Positions 35,759 through 46,754 of a stretch of DNA of 64,000 bases are shown here, one piece after another (position 1 is the first letter of the stretch; every line of letters begins with the position of its first letter). Source of the stretch: Naegleria gruberi (Eukaryota); NCBI GenBank assembly GCA_000004985.1, contig GG738846.1; one strand, 5' to 3'. A program made the position numbers and the translations under genes. The notes beneath the pieces are model-generated. The model saw only the letters and a list, made by a program, of their open reading frames with translations. It had not been told where the DNA came from and made no database searches.

Positions 35759-38700
35759 ATGAATCCACCAAATAGCCCGTTTAATAACTCTGGACGTTCT
35801 CCCTTTCAAACGCCACCTCCTTCAAAATCTATTCTTTCATCACCTCTTTCTACTTCGGCTCGTATTTATTCTCAACCTTCAACACCAGCAACACCTTTAA
35901 TTCACCTATCATCACCTAGCAACCTTGGATATAATCATGTACCAATGACTTCACCTATGGTACAACGATCCTTTCCACCAATAAATTCATCATCGGAACT
36001 CAGATCACATAAAATTAGAGTATTGAGAGAAAATATTAACAATTTTTTAATGTTTAATAGTCATGAGGCTGATTTATTTATTCAAGATTTTAGAAAAACA
36101 TCGGATGCTTGGGAAATTTTGTTTGATTTATTATTGATGGAGTTTGGAAATCATGAAATTATACAAGTACGTTTTTAATTCCAAAATTATATAATTTAAT
36201 TTTTATTAGAAACCTTCTGAACAATTTTTAATTGCACAACTCATTTACCAAAAAACAATGCACAATTTCCATCAATTGAATGAAAACCAAATAGAGTGGG
36301 TGAGGAGATACTTGCTCAAGGCAATAGTTCTTTTTCACAACAAGTATATTGCTACACCCATTATTGACTATCGTAATATTGTCTCGAGATTGTGTCTAGC
36401 TCTTGCCATGCTCACATTGAATTGGATTCTAGTGTTGGAGGCAAATTTGGATCAAGTAGATTTGTTTGCAGAAATATTCAAGCCTTTCCAAGACAATATC
36501 TTGTTGGAATATAGTAGTGGAAATAGTAATAGTTTAGTTGTTTATGATACCTCACTTTTACTTTCGCCAAGCTCTCAAATTATTCACGTAAATTTGACTG
36601 ATTGCACTCTTGATTGGTTTGCATTCTTGTTGGAACAAATAGAGACCACTAGCGTCTTTAGTAATTCACAACAAGCTGAATTGAAGAAGGAGATGAGAAA
36701 AATGGAGACTAAAATATTAGAGTATATTAGTACGGTGTTATCTGAAAATTTTCCATCCAATTCGGGTATGTATTTCTGTCTTATAGAGTATTAATCAAGC
36801 AAGTATAGGAAAGGAAATGGAATTTGTGATCAATCTTAAAAAGAAATCGGTCAAGGTTCTACAGGATTGGGTTCGTTTTGGTATCTCACCAGAATTTATT
36901 TTTTCAAATAGCACACTTCTCCAAATATTGTTTGGATTGGCAGAAAGATGTGACGACCTCCTTTCTCCTTGCCTCGAATGTATTAATGATATGCTTCATA
37001 CTACCATTTATTTGAGTAATATTCATATTTTGAAACAATACATTCACAACTCCATTCCAATGCTGTGTTCTAAATATGAAAAATACTGTAAAACCATTGA
37101 AGAAGGTTTGTAGTGATGATTTTGTTATAATTTTAACATTCATCCAACATTTTTCACTTTTTCTATACAGATTTCAGTATGAATATTTGTAGAGATATTA
37201 TCAAATTGTTCATGGTATTTTCTGAAAAAATTAATGATTGGATCATTAATTTGGATGCTGTTGAACAGGCTGTAAAGTACAACACAGTACCGAATGGAGG
37301 ATTACTGGATCCAACAGCAAAACAATTGATAGAGGTTATCAATCAATTATCTTCAGGATCCGACCTTAGTCTAATCGAGCTTACTCATCCTTTCTGGTAT
37401 CATTTACACAATACTGATATTGATCTAATCAAACTCGGTTTGACTAGACCAGAACTCAAGAATATTCCTGAGACTGTTAGATCCCACCTATTACAAGAGA
37501 TTACTAAAGAACTCTCTCCATATCACATGTCAATAATGGAGAAAACCATCAACACTGCCATTGACAAATCCATTCAAACTATTGGATTGATAGATTATGA
37601 TACAGATGAATCTGAAAATTTTAGAGATTCTAGTAAGGAAGTCTTTCTTGCTTGTTATTATGGACTCAGAGGAAAGGTCATTGGAGCATGCGAGGAAAAG
37701 CTTGTTTATCTTTTCCAAAAACAAAGTATTTCCAACTTGCAACAAGGAATGGAACAACTTGCCCAACATTTGTCCAATAATGATCTAACTGAGGAATTTA
37801 TGGAAAAGGTTGCATGTGCCTTGATGAGCACTCTACCAGATCTTGCTCTTTTAGAATCTATCCTGTTTTCCATGAATTCATTTGGTGACCTCATGAAAAA
37901 GCAAGAATGTGAAAACTATTTTGCTGAACTATTCTCACAAATTCAATACTTTTCTGATATTGTAGCTAAACTCTCACAAACTGTATCAAACTTGATAACT
38001 CATCCATTCCATACACAATTCACTAGAATGATTACAACTTTGGTAAAGAATACTTGTGGTGGATGCAGAAACACACAGAATATTCTTATTAACTTGTCCT
38101 CTTACCTCCTAGTTCCATTATTTAAAGCCATCTCAAAAACAGTTGAGGTATTCTCAGATAAGATAGTAGCACTTGGAGAACAACCGATCATTTAGTGTAT
38201 TAACTTTCTCATGAAATCCATGAGTTCATTCCAACAAATTCTCAACTCTAAAGTGTAAGTAGTTTTTTACTTTAATTAATAATAACACAACATAGATACA
38301 ACAATTCGAATAATGTCAAATCAGTTATTTATTCTTCAGTTAGTTCTTTCAACTCTCTGTGTGAAGAAGGTTCAAAGATTTGCAGAAATGATACCAGCGG
38401 TAGAGCATCAGAGTTATTTTTCAATTTGGTAAAGAGTGTGTATGAATTTAAATTCTTGAATCAAATTGAGCACAGTCTATCACATCAAATGTATAGAGGT
38501 ATCAGCTTTATAGTTTCAGCATTACCTTCCCAACAACAAGAGCTGTTCACCCTAGTTTTTAATACTATTTTCGAGTCTATTGAATCACTTTTGAAAGAAA
38601 GGGAAGCCCTCTTGCAATATTCTCAAGGAAACCTCGAAGTTCTCAGCTCTGAAAATGCTCTCAACTCTTCGATCAGTTTGCATTTCGAATTGAGAAAATT

Positions 38701-40087
38701 GAAAACATTTTTGCATGCCTTTGATCCATCTGCTGATGAGCATCTTATTCCAAATATTTCACCACATTTTGACAAGATTTTAAGCTTGACCCTGAGAGTA
38801 TTACATTTATTTGTAAGAATTATTCCTTCCACTTGCACAGATATTAATCAATATTTAACCAATCATTGGGGAACACAAGTTGATCAACACTTGCTTTGCA
38901 ACCACATAACAGACTTGTGGAAGACAATGATAACCACTATTGGAGGTTCAAACCCTCTCGCCATTCCATTCCTTCACAAACTTCTCCGTGTATGCTCTCA
39001 ATTTTATTGCTTTGGTAAAGTGTTGGATTTGGAACAAGGTATTGACGAATCTCACATTGCTGCTTACATTCAACAAAATTCAGTATCTGAAATGGTTCCA
39101 ACATTTGAAGCAATGACAGCTCAATTCCAATCCTCATTCCTCAACTCTCAACCTTATCATTCAATCTTGGAACTTTTTGGAATAATATTATCCGGTATGA
39201 GTCAATCTCCATTCCCAGAAACTTTCATGTTATACTTTGTTCCAATCTTTGTTTTGACCTATAATCTGACCAATTCAGACATTTTCGATAAGAGATTATT
39301 ATGGCTTGCCAAGAAGAAGCAAAAATATGAAAAGTTTTCACCATTCCTCATTGATGTCTTTTCAGAGGATGAGAATGGAGATTTACTAGTGTCATTGTTT
39401 AGATATTTAAACTTTACCTGGAGACTTTATCCTACCAGATACTTGTCCAACCAAATATTCTATTCAATTTTAGAAACCAAGATAACTCAATTGTGTATCA
39501 AATATTTTGATTACAGATCAGAATATGGTGTGTTAGACAAATCCAATGCTGTAGCCGCACCTGTAAAATCAGTTTCGTATTACATTTCTGTCTATTTACA
39601 TGGACTATTGACTGAGAGGGTTAATTTTGAAGGTGAAGATGCCATAGCCCTCCAACAACTCTTTACAGAGACTATTTCAGAGCTTTACTATTCATTTTTG
39701 CCTCATCTTATTGAAAGATCGATTTTCTCTGATACACCAAACTTGGCCAACATTAACAAGATTTTATATTCATTCCAATGCTACAACAAGATGCATTTAG
39801 CGGCTTGTGTTAGCAACTATGTAGCTGGATCGAAATTATTGAATGAACTTGTAGAGAAGGGAAAACTGAGCAAGATGGATATTTCCGTCTTTACTCAAGG
39901 TGTGAGCAGAGCAAACAGTCAAACAATGATTGCCATCAGAAGAGTATTTACTGAATTTAGAGAACGAGTTGAAAATGCCAGATTACAACTTGAACAGGAA
40001 AAAGTTCCAGAAGAACCTTCCACACCAAAGAAAAAGTCATCGGCCAACGATCTTTCCTCTCCACTCAGTATTGGCTCTCTTTTTTAA
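35759..40087 (+). CDS. Importin-beta superfamily nuclear transport receptor (exportin-like), multi-exon, about 1,300 aa. Exons 35759..36166, 36210..36765, 36809..37105, 37171..about 38147-38165, a possible mini-exon about 38224..38254, and 38340..40087.
   Basis: Importin-N-like N-terminus (SDAWEILFDLLLMEFGNHEIIQ | KPSEQFLIAQLIYQKTMHNFHQLNENQIEWVRRYLLKAIV), then HEAT-like helical repeats throughout. Three introns are well supported: 36167..36209, 36766..36808 and 37106..37170 (43-65 nt, GT-AG, phase-consistent). The junction across 38148..38339 is ambiguous, with an in-frame TAG at 38193. Confidence 0.45.
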
Positions 40088-40236
40088 AACTGTACTTGTT
40101 TATAAATTGTTTTTTTGTAATTTTCTACTATTTTTCAATTGTGAAATAATTATCCTCCTCCTTAGTATCCAAACAAGAGACAAATTTGGAAGTATATCAA
40201 AAACACTTAATATTCCAATATGAAAATTAAAAAAAA

Positions 40237-41610
40237 ATGAAAATTCCAACGCAAAAGTTGATCCTCATCACATTGATGATGTTAATGATCATGACAATCA
40301 TGAATGGATTTTTCACACTTGCCTACGAATGGTCTCAACCCAATAGAAATCAATATAGAAATAGATACTTTCCCGAATCAATTTTTGAACACTACTCTCA
40401 TGATTCACAAGGTGGTTTTAATTTAATTCCAGAATCAATTTTAATTGTACCTCCGCTAGGGAGAATATTTGCAATTTCTACTACATCATCAAATATATTA
40501 AAATTTAATAATAATAATATTAAAAATCATGATGATGGTAACAATGAAAAGAAAATGAAGGATATTGGTAGGGATTATAAAAGCCATCTTGTTGAATTTA
40601 ATCAAAAGGAGCAATGGAAGATTCTTTTGGAAATACCGAATAATCTTGAAATGAAATTGAGTATTCCAGCAGAAATGGATAATTTGGGATTTTATTATAC
40701 AGTGATGAGGAATTTAACATCTGGAAATGATTTGATAATGAAATTTCATGTGGAGGGCAGCAGTAGTAGCAAATCATCCTTTCAAATTATTGCCAATTCA
40801 ACATTAATGCCAAGTATTGATTCAATTATTTGTGTAGATCCACATGATAAGATGTTCGTCTTGTCGAATGGAAAGTTGATTAATTACAATGTTATGAAAT
40901 CACACTTGATATGGGTTTCATCACTTACAGGAATTTCAAAGTCAAGTCAAATGCTCTATGATGAAGATTTATTATTTGTTTCATTTAGTGGAGGAATTGC
41001 AAGAATTAATATTGGAAGTGGACATGTGGTTGGACAAACAGAAATTAATCAATATGTAGTTGAATTGAATCCATCAATATTATCATTTGATGAGAGATAT
41101 ATTGTTGGATTTGAAAAGAAGGTTCAAACCTCTAATGCCTACTGGCTGCATATCGTAGATCAAAAGTTTATTACTAAGGGATCGCTCAGTTCAGATCTTT
41201 TGAAAGATAGAAATGGAAAGGTAATTGATTTGAGTAGGTGCTCCAATGTGATGAGTCAAGTGGATAGTATTCTATTCTTTTGTCATGTTTCAAATTCAAC
41301 CAATGAATATTCAATGTACAAGTTTGATATTTCAGAAGATTCACTCAGAGCAACACTCGGGTATCAGGTTGAGTTTCAAGCCAAATCATGTTCAAAACAA
41401 TTGGCAAGATTTGATCACTATTCTTATTTTGCCACTGTTTGTGATTCTCATATTTATGTCTTTTCAATGAATTCTCCACAAATTGTTAGAAAGCCACTCA
41501 ATATTAGAACGAATGAAAATACTCAAATTGTTGGTTCAACAGTGACGTTCTTTGTTCTGACTACAGAGGTGGATACGGTTAATGTTGAAGTTGTTCATGC
41601 AAAGGTTTAA
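40237..41610 (+). CDS. Secreted or type-II membrane protein, possibly beta-propeller, lineage-specific; 457 aa
   Basis: Hydrophobic N-terminus (LILITLMMLMIMTIMNGFFTLA). No recognisable catalytic motifs. Confidence 0.35.
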   Translation: MKIPTQKLILITLMMLMIMTIMNGFFTLAYEWSQPNRNQYRNRYFPESIFEHYSHDSQGGFNLIPESILIVPPLGRIFAISTTSSNILKFNNNNIKNHDDGNNEKKMKDIGRDYKSHLVEFNQKEQWKILLEIPNNLEMKLSIPAEMDNLGFYYTVMRNLTSGNDLIMKFHVEGSSSSKSSFQIIANSTLMPSIDSIICVDPHDKMFVLSNGKLINYNVMKSHLIWVSSLTGISKSSQMLYDEDLLFVSFSGGIARINIGSGHVVGQTEINQYVVELNPSILSFDERYIVGFEKKVQTSNAYWLHIVDQKFITKGSLSSDLLKDRNGKVIDLSRCSNVMSQVDSILFFCHVSNSTNEYSMYKFDISEDSLRATLGYQVEFQAKSCSKQLARFDHYSYFATVCDSHIYVFSMNSPQIVRKPLNIRTNENTQIVGSTVTFFVLTTEVDTVNVEVVHAKV

Positions 41611-41866
41611 TTAAAATAATTTCTTTAAGCTCAAATAAACATTCAAACATTTTCATAGCGAATATTCAAATAAACCTGAAGTGGAAACAAATAAAAGATT
41701 CAGAAATAATTTATATTTACTATGACAAATTATCATTAACAAGTTCAAAAGGAGGATACTTCATCTCCAAAGCAAATTGAATCAATAATAGGATTACCAG
41801 AAAATCCTTTCACAAAATTATTTTCAAAATTAATTTCAAAATATTTTCTCTGAAAAAGAAGGGAAA

Positions 41867-42493
41867 TTATTCATCATTAGAATCATCATGATTGACTTGT
41901 TCCTTATTAGTGTTAACATTCTGTATCTTTTTCTTTTTCAACAATCTATTTGACTTTTCTGGTATTGGAATGAAATTAACATTTTCCTTGAAATGCTTTG
42001 GATCCAATTTTCTCTGTAATTCTATAGAAGGTGTCATGACATGTTCTCCATATTCTCTCCTTCTCTTTTTACTTTTTTCAGTATTAGTATCAAATGAAAT
42101 TACTTCACCATCCGATGATGTAAATCTCTTCTCCTCACATTGTTTAAATTTCATCTTGGAAAGTTTCTTCTGTTTCTTTTTACTGACAGTCTCGGGATCG
42201 ATAAAGAAATCATCTTGTTCCTCCTCTTGTTTTTTATCATTAATTTCATTCAGGAAACTATCCTTTGAATCGATAGAATTTTTGAAAATGTCATCTTCCT
42301 CCTGTGCCATATCATTGTTATATAAATGTTTGTATCGTAAATACATGGATGGTTTTTCTGCATCACATAAATCTCTCTCTTTAAATCGTGAATATCCATA
42401 TTGATTACGTTCTTGTCCGATTTTTGAAAGAACATTTACTTTATGTTGAAGAAGTTGTTTTTCCGTGTGTTGAATATTTGGTCGTCTACCCAT
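41867..42493 (-). CDS. Lys/Glu-rich, probably nuclear or nucleolar protein; 208 aa
   Basis: MGRRPNIQHTEKQLLQHKV..., with KKKQKKLSK and KSKKRRREYGEH basic patches. The antisense ORF 41892..42404 is a composition artefact. Confidence 0.4.
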   Translation of the reverse strand: MGRRPNIQHTEKQLLQHKVNVLSKIGQERNQYGYSRFKERDLCDAEKPSMYLRYKHLYNNDMAQEEDDIFKNSIDSKDSFLNEINDKKQEEEQDDFFIDPETVSKKKQKKLSKMKFKQCEEKRFTSSDGEVISFDTNTEKSKKRRREYGEHVMTPSIELQRKLDPKHFKENVNFIPIPEKSNRLLKKKKIQNVNTNKEQVNHDDSNDE

Positions 42494-43401
42494 TTTTTTT
42501 GAATTTAAAATTTTTTAAAAAACTTAATTATTGTGTTGAAATCAAATAATATTATTATTATGAATCAATAAATAACTTTATAACCATATTATTAGTTGAA
42601 ATATTCAAATTTGTTGTATTTTTATTTATATTACAAAGTAATCTGGTTAGTAGTAAACATATCAATCATTTGTTTAGATATTCTTTGAAAGATCTAATAC
42701 AACAATAGAAGGAGTTTGTTTTTGCTTATCATCTATTAAGGAGTAATTTAGAAAAAAGTCAAATTATTAACCTTGTTTGTTCAACTAAATATGATTCCAT
42801 TCTACATGGGAGTTTTTTGAAGAAGGAGTAGAAAGTTTTGATCTGTTTCTAAAATATTTACAGTAAAACATAAATAGAATATCAACGACAACTTGTAGCT
42901 ACTCTGTGTTCCTTGACCATTGTTATTAAAATCTCATTCATATCAAGTACTACTTCAATAAAAACATAGTTACATAGTATTATCTATCTAACATGCTCAT
43001 CATACAGAGATTAAAAACATGCCAATTCAGCTGACCAATTCAAATGTTCACCATCAATTCAAATGGGCAATTTGATAATTTTGGGTATGAAGGGAGCGTA
43101 TTTTTTTGTGTATTCTCATTTACAGACTCATTTTACAGATAAGAAAAAAAACGCAACAACCCTTACACCTTCTTCTGTTTTACTTCACTCTGTTGAATAG
43201 TAATACCTTAAAACTGGGTGAAAATATTACTATTTGCGCGTCTTTTAAGGCATTCGCACGTGTTGTTGCTGTTAATATCATCTGTTAGTTGCAGCTTTAT
43301 TGTTACTGCCGCTGCTTATTCACTAATTTCAACATTGTACTATATACCCTACTGGTGCTGATTCGCTTAATAACTTTCTTCCACAGTATCCTTAATATAG
43401 A

Positions 43402-44250
43402 ATGGGAGTTTCACAATCAACATTTAGTTCTCTCCCTAAGTGTGTTTGCGACAATCAACTATCAATACATGAGGAAAACATGGATGGAGAGGCTCACTGG
43501 ATTGAAAGTTCTCAGAAATTCTGCCCTCAATGCAAACGCCTGTTGAAGAAGCAACCACTCAGAAAACATCAATCCTTCAGCGACTCACTTCTTCAGAAAA
43601 CAGAATCTGCATCTAGTGTATATCTCTCCTCATCTAAATCCCTTCCTTCTGTGAATAGAAATGGTCATCTCGTGCCGAGTACTCCTCCAAAATCTGCTTT
43701 AACAATCAAGCTATCTACACTTGCTTCATCAGACGATAATCGGCCTGTAACATGTCCTTCCACTCCGCCAAAACCCTCCAAGCTCTCGACAACAACTTCC
43801 TCCCCAATGACCTCTCCAAATTTCCCATCATTAAGAGGAAGTAGTTTTACTTCCCCACAATCTTCTTCCTCCTTTGATCATTACTCTTTTCAAACTAAAT
43901 TAGCCAGGTCTTCGAGTAAGAACCTGATGCTCCTAGGTGCAACACCAATTCCCATTGTTAAGGTAAAGAAAAAGCCTTCGTGTCACTCGTTACCAACCTT
44001 TTCACCTCCCCTCAGTCCACCAAAGTTGGAAAAACTTGAACCACCCTCAATGGAAGATGTTCAAAAGATTGCTCTTAATCTTGGAACATCTTTTCCAAAT
44101 CATGGCACAAAATCATTTCCAATCTATATTTTACCACCACAAGAAGCACCAGAATATTTCAATCCTAAAGGTAAAAAGTTAGGTGATCATCGATCTCAAA
44201 TGGAAGATAAGCAATTGAAACGAAGATTCAGAAGAGTAATTGTTCAGTGA
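43402..44250 (+). CDS. Ser/Pro-rich protein with an N-myristoylation consensus (MGVSQS); 282 aa
   Basis: ATG in good context after a GC-elevated leader. Gly2...Ser6 fits MGxxxS. There are numerous S/TP sites (STPPKS, PSTPPKPSK) and a basic C-terminus. Confidence 0.4.
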   Translation: MGVSQSTFSSLPKCVCDNQLSIHEENMDGEAHWIESSQKFCPQCKRLLKKQPLRKHQSFSDSLLQKTESASSVYLSSSKSLPSVNRNGHLVPSTPPKSALTIKLSTLASSDDNRPVTCPSTPPKPSKLSTTTSSPMTSPNFPSLRGSSFTSPQSSSSFDHYSFQTKLARSSSKNLMLLGATPIPIVKVKKKPSCHSLPTFSPPLSPPKLEKLEPPSMEDVQKIALNLGTSFPNHGTKSFPIYILPPQEAPEYFNPKGKKLGDHRSQMEDKQLKRRFRRVIVQ

Positions 44251-44436
44251 ATACTGTAGAGTATTTCAATATAATGAAAATGTAAATAAAACAATCTTTA
44301 AATGGATAATTCTTTAATTGAGATAAACATGATTTTAGAAAATAAGGCAATCTATTATTAATAAAAATCTTTGATCCATTGGAGTTGGAGGTTTGTGACT
44401 CCGTCCCATCACACTTCAATATTGTTAAAAAAAAAT

Positions 44437-46147
44437 ATGAAGAGATTTATTCTTGCACTCTTGTGCTTGGTTGCTATTGCTGCAATGGCAAGAGCTGAAT
44501 TGTTCCATGATGAAGATGCTCAACCTGCTCTCAACATTGATATTATCAAGAAGGTCAGAAGATCTGGTGCTCAATGGCAATCTGGTGTCAATAAGAAGTT
44601 TGTCGGCAAAACTGTTGGTGATGTTAAGAAAATGTTGGGTTTGAAGGTTTGTATTATTATTTTCTCTTGTTTTAATTATAATATTTTTATGTGTGATGCA
44701 ACGATAATTGTATATAAACTGTGACTGTCATTATTTTGGCACACATATGCTGATGATGAATATAACATTGTTCAAAATAATACATACTATGATAATTCAA
44801 CATGATGATGAAAATGATGTGATATTCTCTCACACTTTGGAATATACTTTGGAATATTATATGATGATGTTGATGATTTTATTGAATAATAGGGTATTAA
44901 ACCAACTATTAGATACTCTGATGATGAAAGAAAGTTGATTGAACAATACTATTTGGCTAATGGTGCTGCTTCTTCCTTGCCAGAAAGTTTCGATTCTAGA
45001 GAAAAGTGGCCAACTTGTATTCATCCAATTAGAAATCAAGAACAATGTGGTTCTTGTTGGGCTTGTAAGTTGTTTTAATTGTGTTATTTTGAATTTTAAC
45101 TGTGAAAATTAGTTTCTGTAAGTTTTGTTAATTAACAAATAAGAAACTTATTTATTCAGTCATCTGAAGTCTTGTCTGATAGATTCTGTATTGCTTCTGG
45201 TGGTAAGGTTAATGTTGTCTTGTCTCCTCAAGATTTGGTCAGTTGCAACTGGTATAACGCTGGGTATGTTTAATTTGTTGTTATATATTTATTCGAAATG
45301 TTGATGTTGTGATGGAATAGTTGTGATGGTGGTATTTTGTGGGCTGCTTGGATTTACTTGAAACATACTGGTATTGTTACTGATCAATGCCTTCCATATT
45401 CATCTGGAAATGGTGTCGCACCATCCTGTCCAAAGTAGTAAGTTTATTATAATCATCATATTCATCTTAAAATCTTTTCAAAGTTGCAATGGTACTAGTA
45501 CTCCAATTGACTCTGTCAAGTACAAGGCAAAGGACTGGTATGAAGTTGGTAGTATTGCTGGTTTCTTCATTAAGGTAAGTGCTATTTAATTACATCAGCA
45601 CACAACTAACAATATAATTCTAACAATTTTATTTATACTTTTCAATAATTTATTTAATAACAGGAAGAAAAGATCATGAATGAAATTGCCACTAATGGTC
45701 CTGTTCAATCTGGATTCAGTGTTTATCAGTAAGTAGAGAATGTTTAATTTTTTCCTCAGCTTTCATGTATATTCTGATTGAAATATTATAGAGATTTCAT
45801 GAGTTACAAGTCAGGTGTTTACACTCATCAAACTGGTTCTTTCCTTGGTGGTCACGCAATCAAGATTGTTGGTTGGGGTGTTGAAAATAATGTCAAGTAT
45901 TGGTTGGTTGCCAACTCTTGGGGTCCTGTAAGTTTTATTTTCTTTAAACATATTACTGGAATAATATATTAAATTATAATAATCAAATTAATCTACTACA
46001 GGATTGGGGTTTGAACGGTTTATTCAAAATCAAGAGAGGTGATAATGAGTGCGGAATTGAGGCTGATGTGTAAGTTTTTTAAAATTACTCAATAATTCTT
46101 ATAACATGAATTTATTGTATAGATATACTGGATTGGCTGATGTTTAA
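44437..46147 (+). CDS. ctsB: Cathepsin B-like papain-family cysteine protease, 10 exons: 44437..44646, 44893..45064, 45113..45117, 45160..45263, 45321..45437, 45484..45574, 45664..45728, 45792..45927, 46002..46069 and 46123..46147; 330 aa.
   Basis: Signal peptide [18 protein letters not shown], a propeptide, the catalytic Cys in QCGSCWAF, His in [11 protein letters not shown] and NSWG. An occluding-loop region (PSCPKYCNGTSTP) is present, and the C-terminus aligns with CGIESEIVAG. All junctions are GT-AG (mostly GTAAGT) and phase-consistent. The CDS is 993 nt. Confidence 0.8.
45113..45117 (+). other. Putative 5-nt micro-exon (TTTCT) of the cathepsin B gene, flanked by introns 45065..45112 (48 nt) and 45118..45159 (42 nt)
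   Basis: Exon 2 ends in phase 1 after a consensus GTAAGT donor. The only downstream AG that restores the [15 protein letters not shown] frame leaves a gap. Including 45113..45117 (acceptor AATTAG, donor GTAAGT) yields [17 protein letters not shown], the same length as cathepsin B CGSCWAFGAVEAISDRI. Confidence 0.45.
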
Positions 46148-46754
46148 ATTTACATTTTTAAAAATGATAAATAAATCCTGATTGTTTCTTGTCTCAAAAA
46201 CAGTTAAGAAGTTACCAAAAACCTTAGTTTTTGATAATTATTCTAAAGATAATTTCCAAAATCAAAATTTTCCTAATAACACTGATAATTTCCAATCGTG
46301 GAGATGGACCAAAACAGTTCAGTGGCATACTCCACTTGTTGGTGATAGAAAGATTTTCAATTTTATCATTCTTAATATTCCTCTCTTCACTCATTATTAA
46401 TCTATCGAGTCTGATAGTTTTTGTATGATTGAACTCCGTCTTCTATATCCTATCCATTTAAGGATCCACAACGAATACCTGCCTCCAAGTAACAATGTGG
46501 AAGCACCATGTAGCAAATGAAAGCTTAATCTCGAATTTTACACTTGCATTCGAGCTTTGTTACATCATTTGATCATCACCGGAAATTCGCTTTAAACCTT
46601 GTCCTAAAATGAACTGTATAGGATTTTGTAACCAACGATTACATGCATTACAGCCCGCCAAAATGCAATTCTAAGAAGGTTAAGGCGGGTGTAAGGCTTT
46701 TTAATAAATGCTCATTGCTACCACCTCAAAAACCGAACTAAAAAAAAATCAATA

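Noticed and set aside
41892-42404. 170-aa plus-strand ORF overlapping the K/E-rich gene
   Set aside because: It is an antisense low-complexity frame (poly-F/S/L) of the minus-strand gene, which has a protein-like basic and acidic composition.
43100-43400. Possible tRNA or snRNA in the GC-elevated stretch upstream of the S/P-rich gene
   Set aside because: No acceptor-stem/T-loop (GTTCGAAT) pattern, and no Sm-site or U-snRNA signature. It is more likely a 5' leader or promoter.
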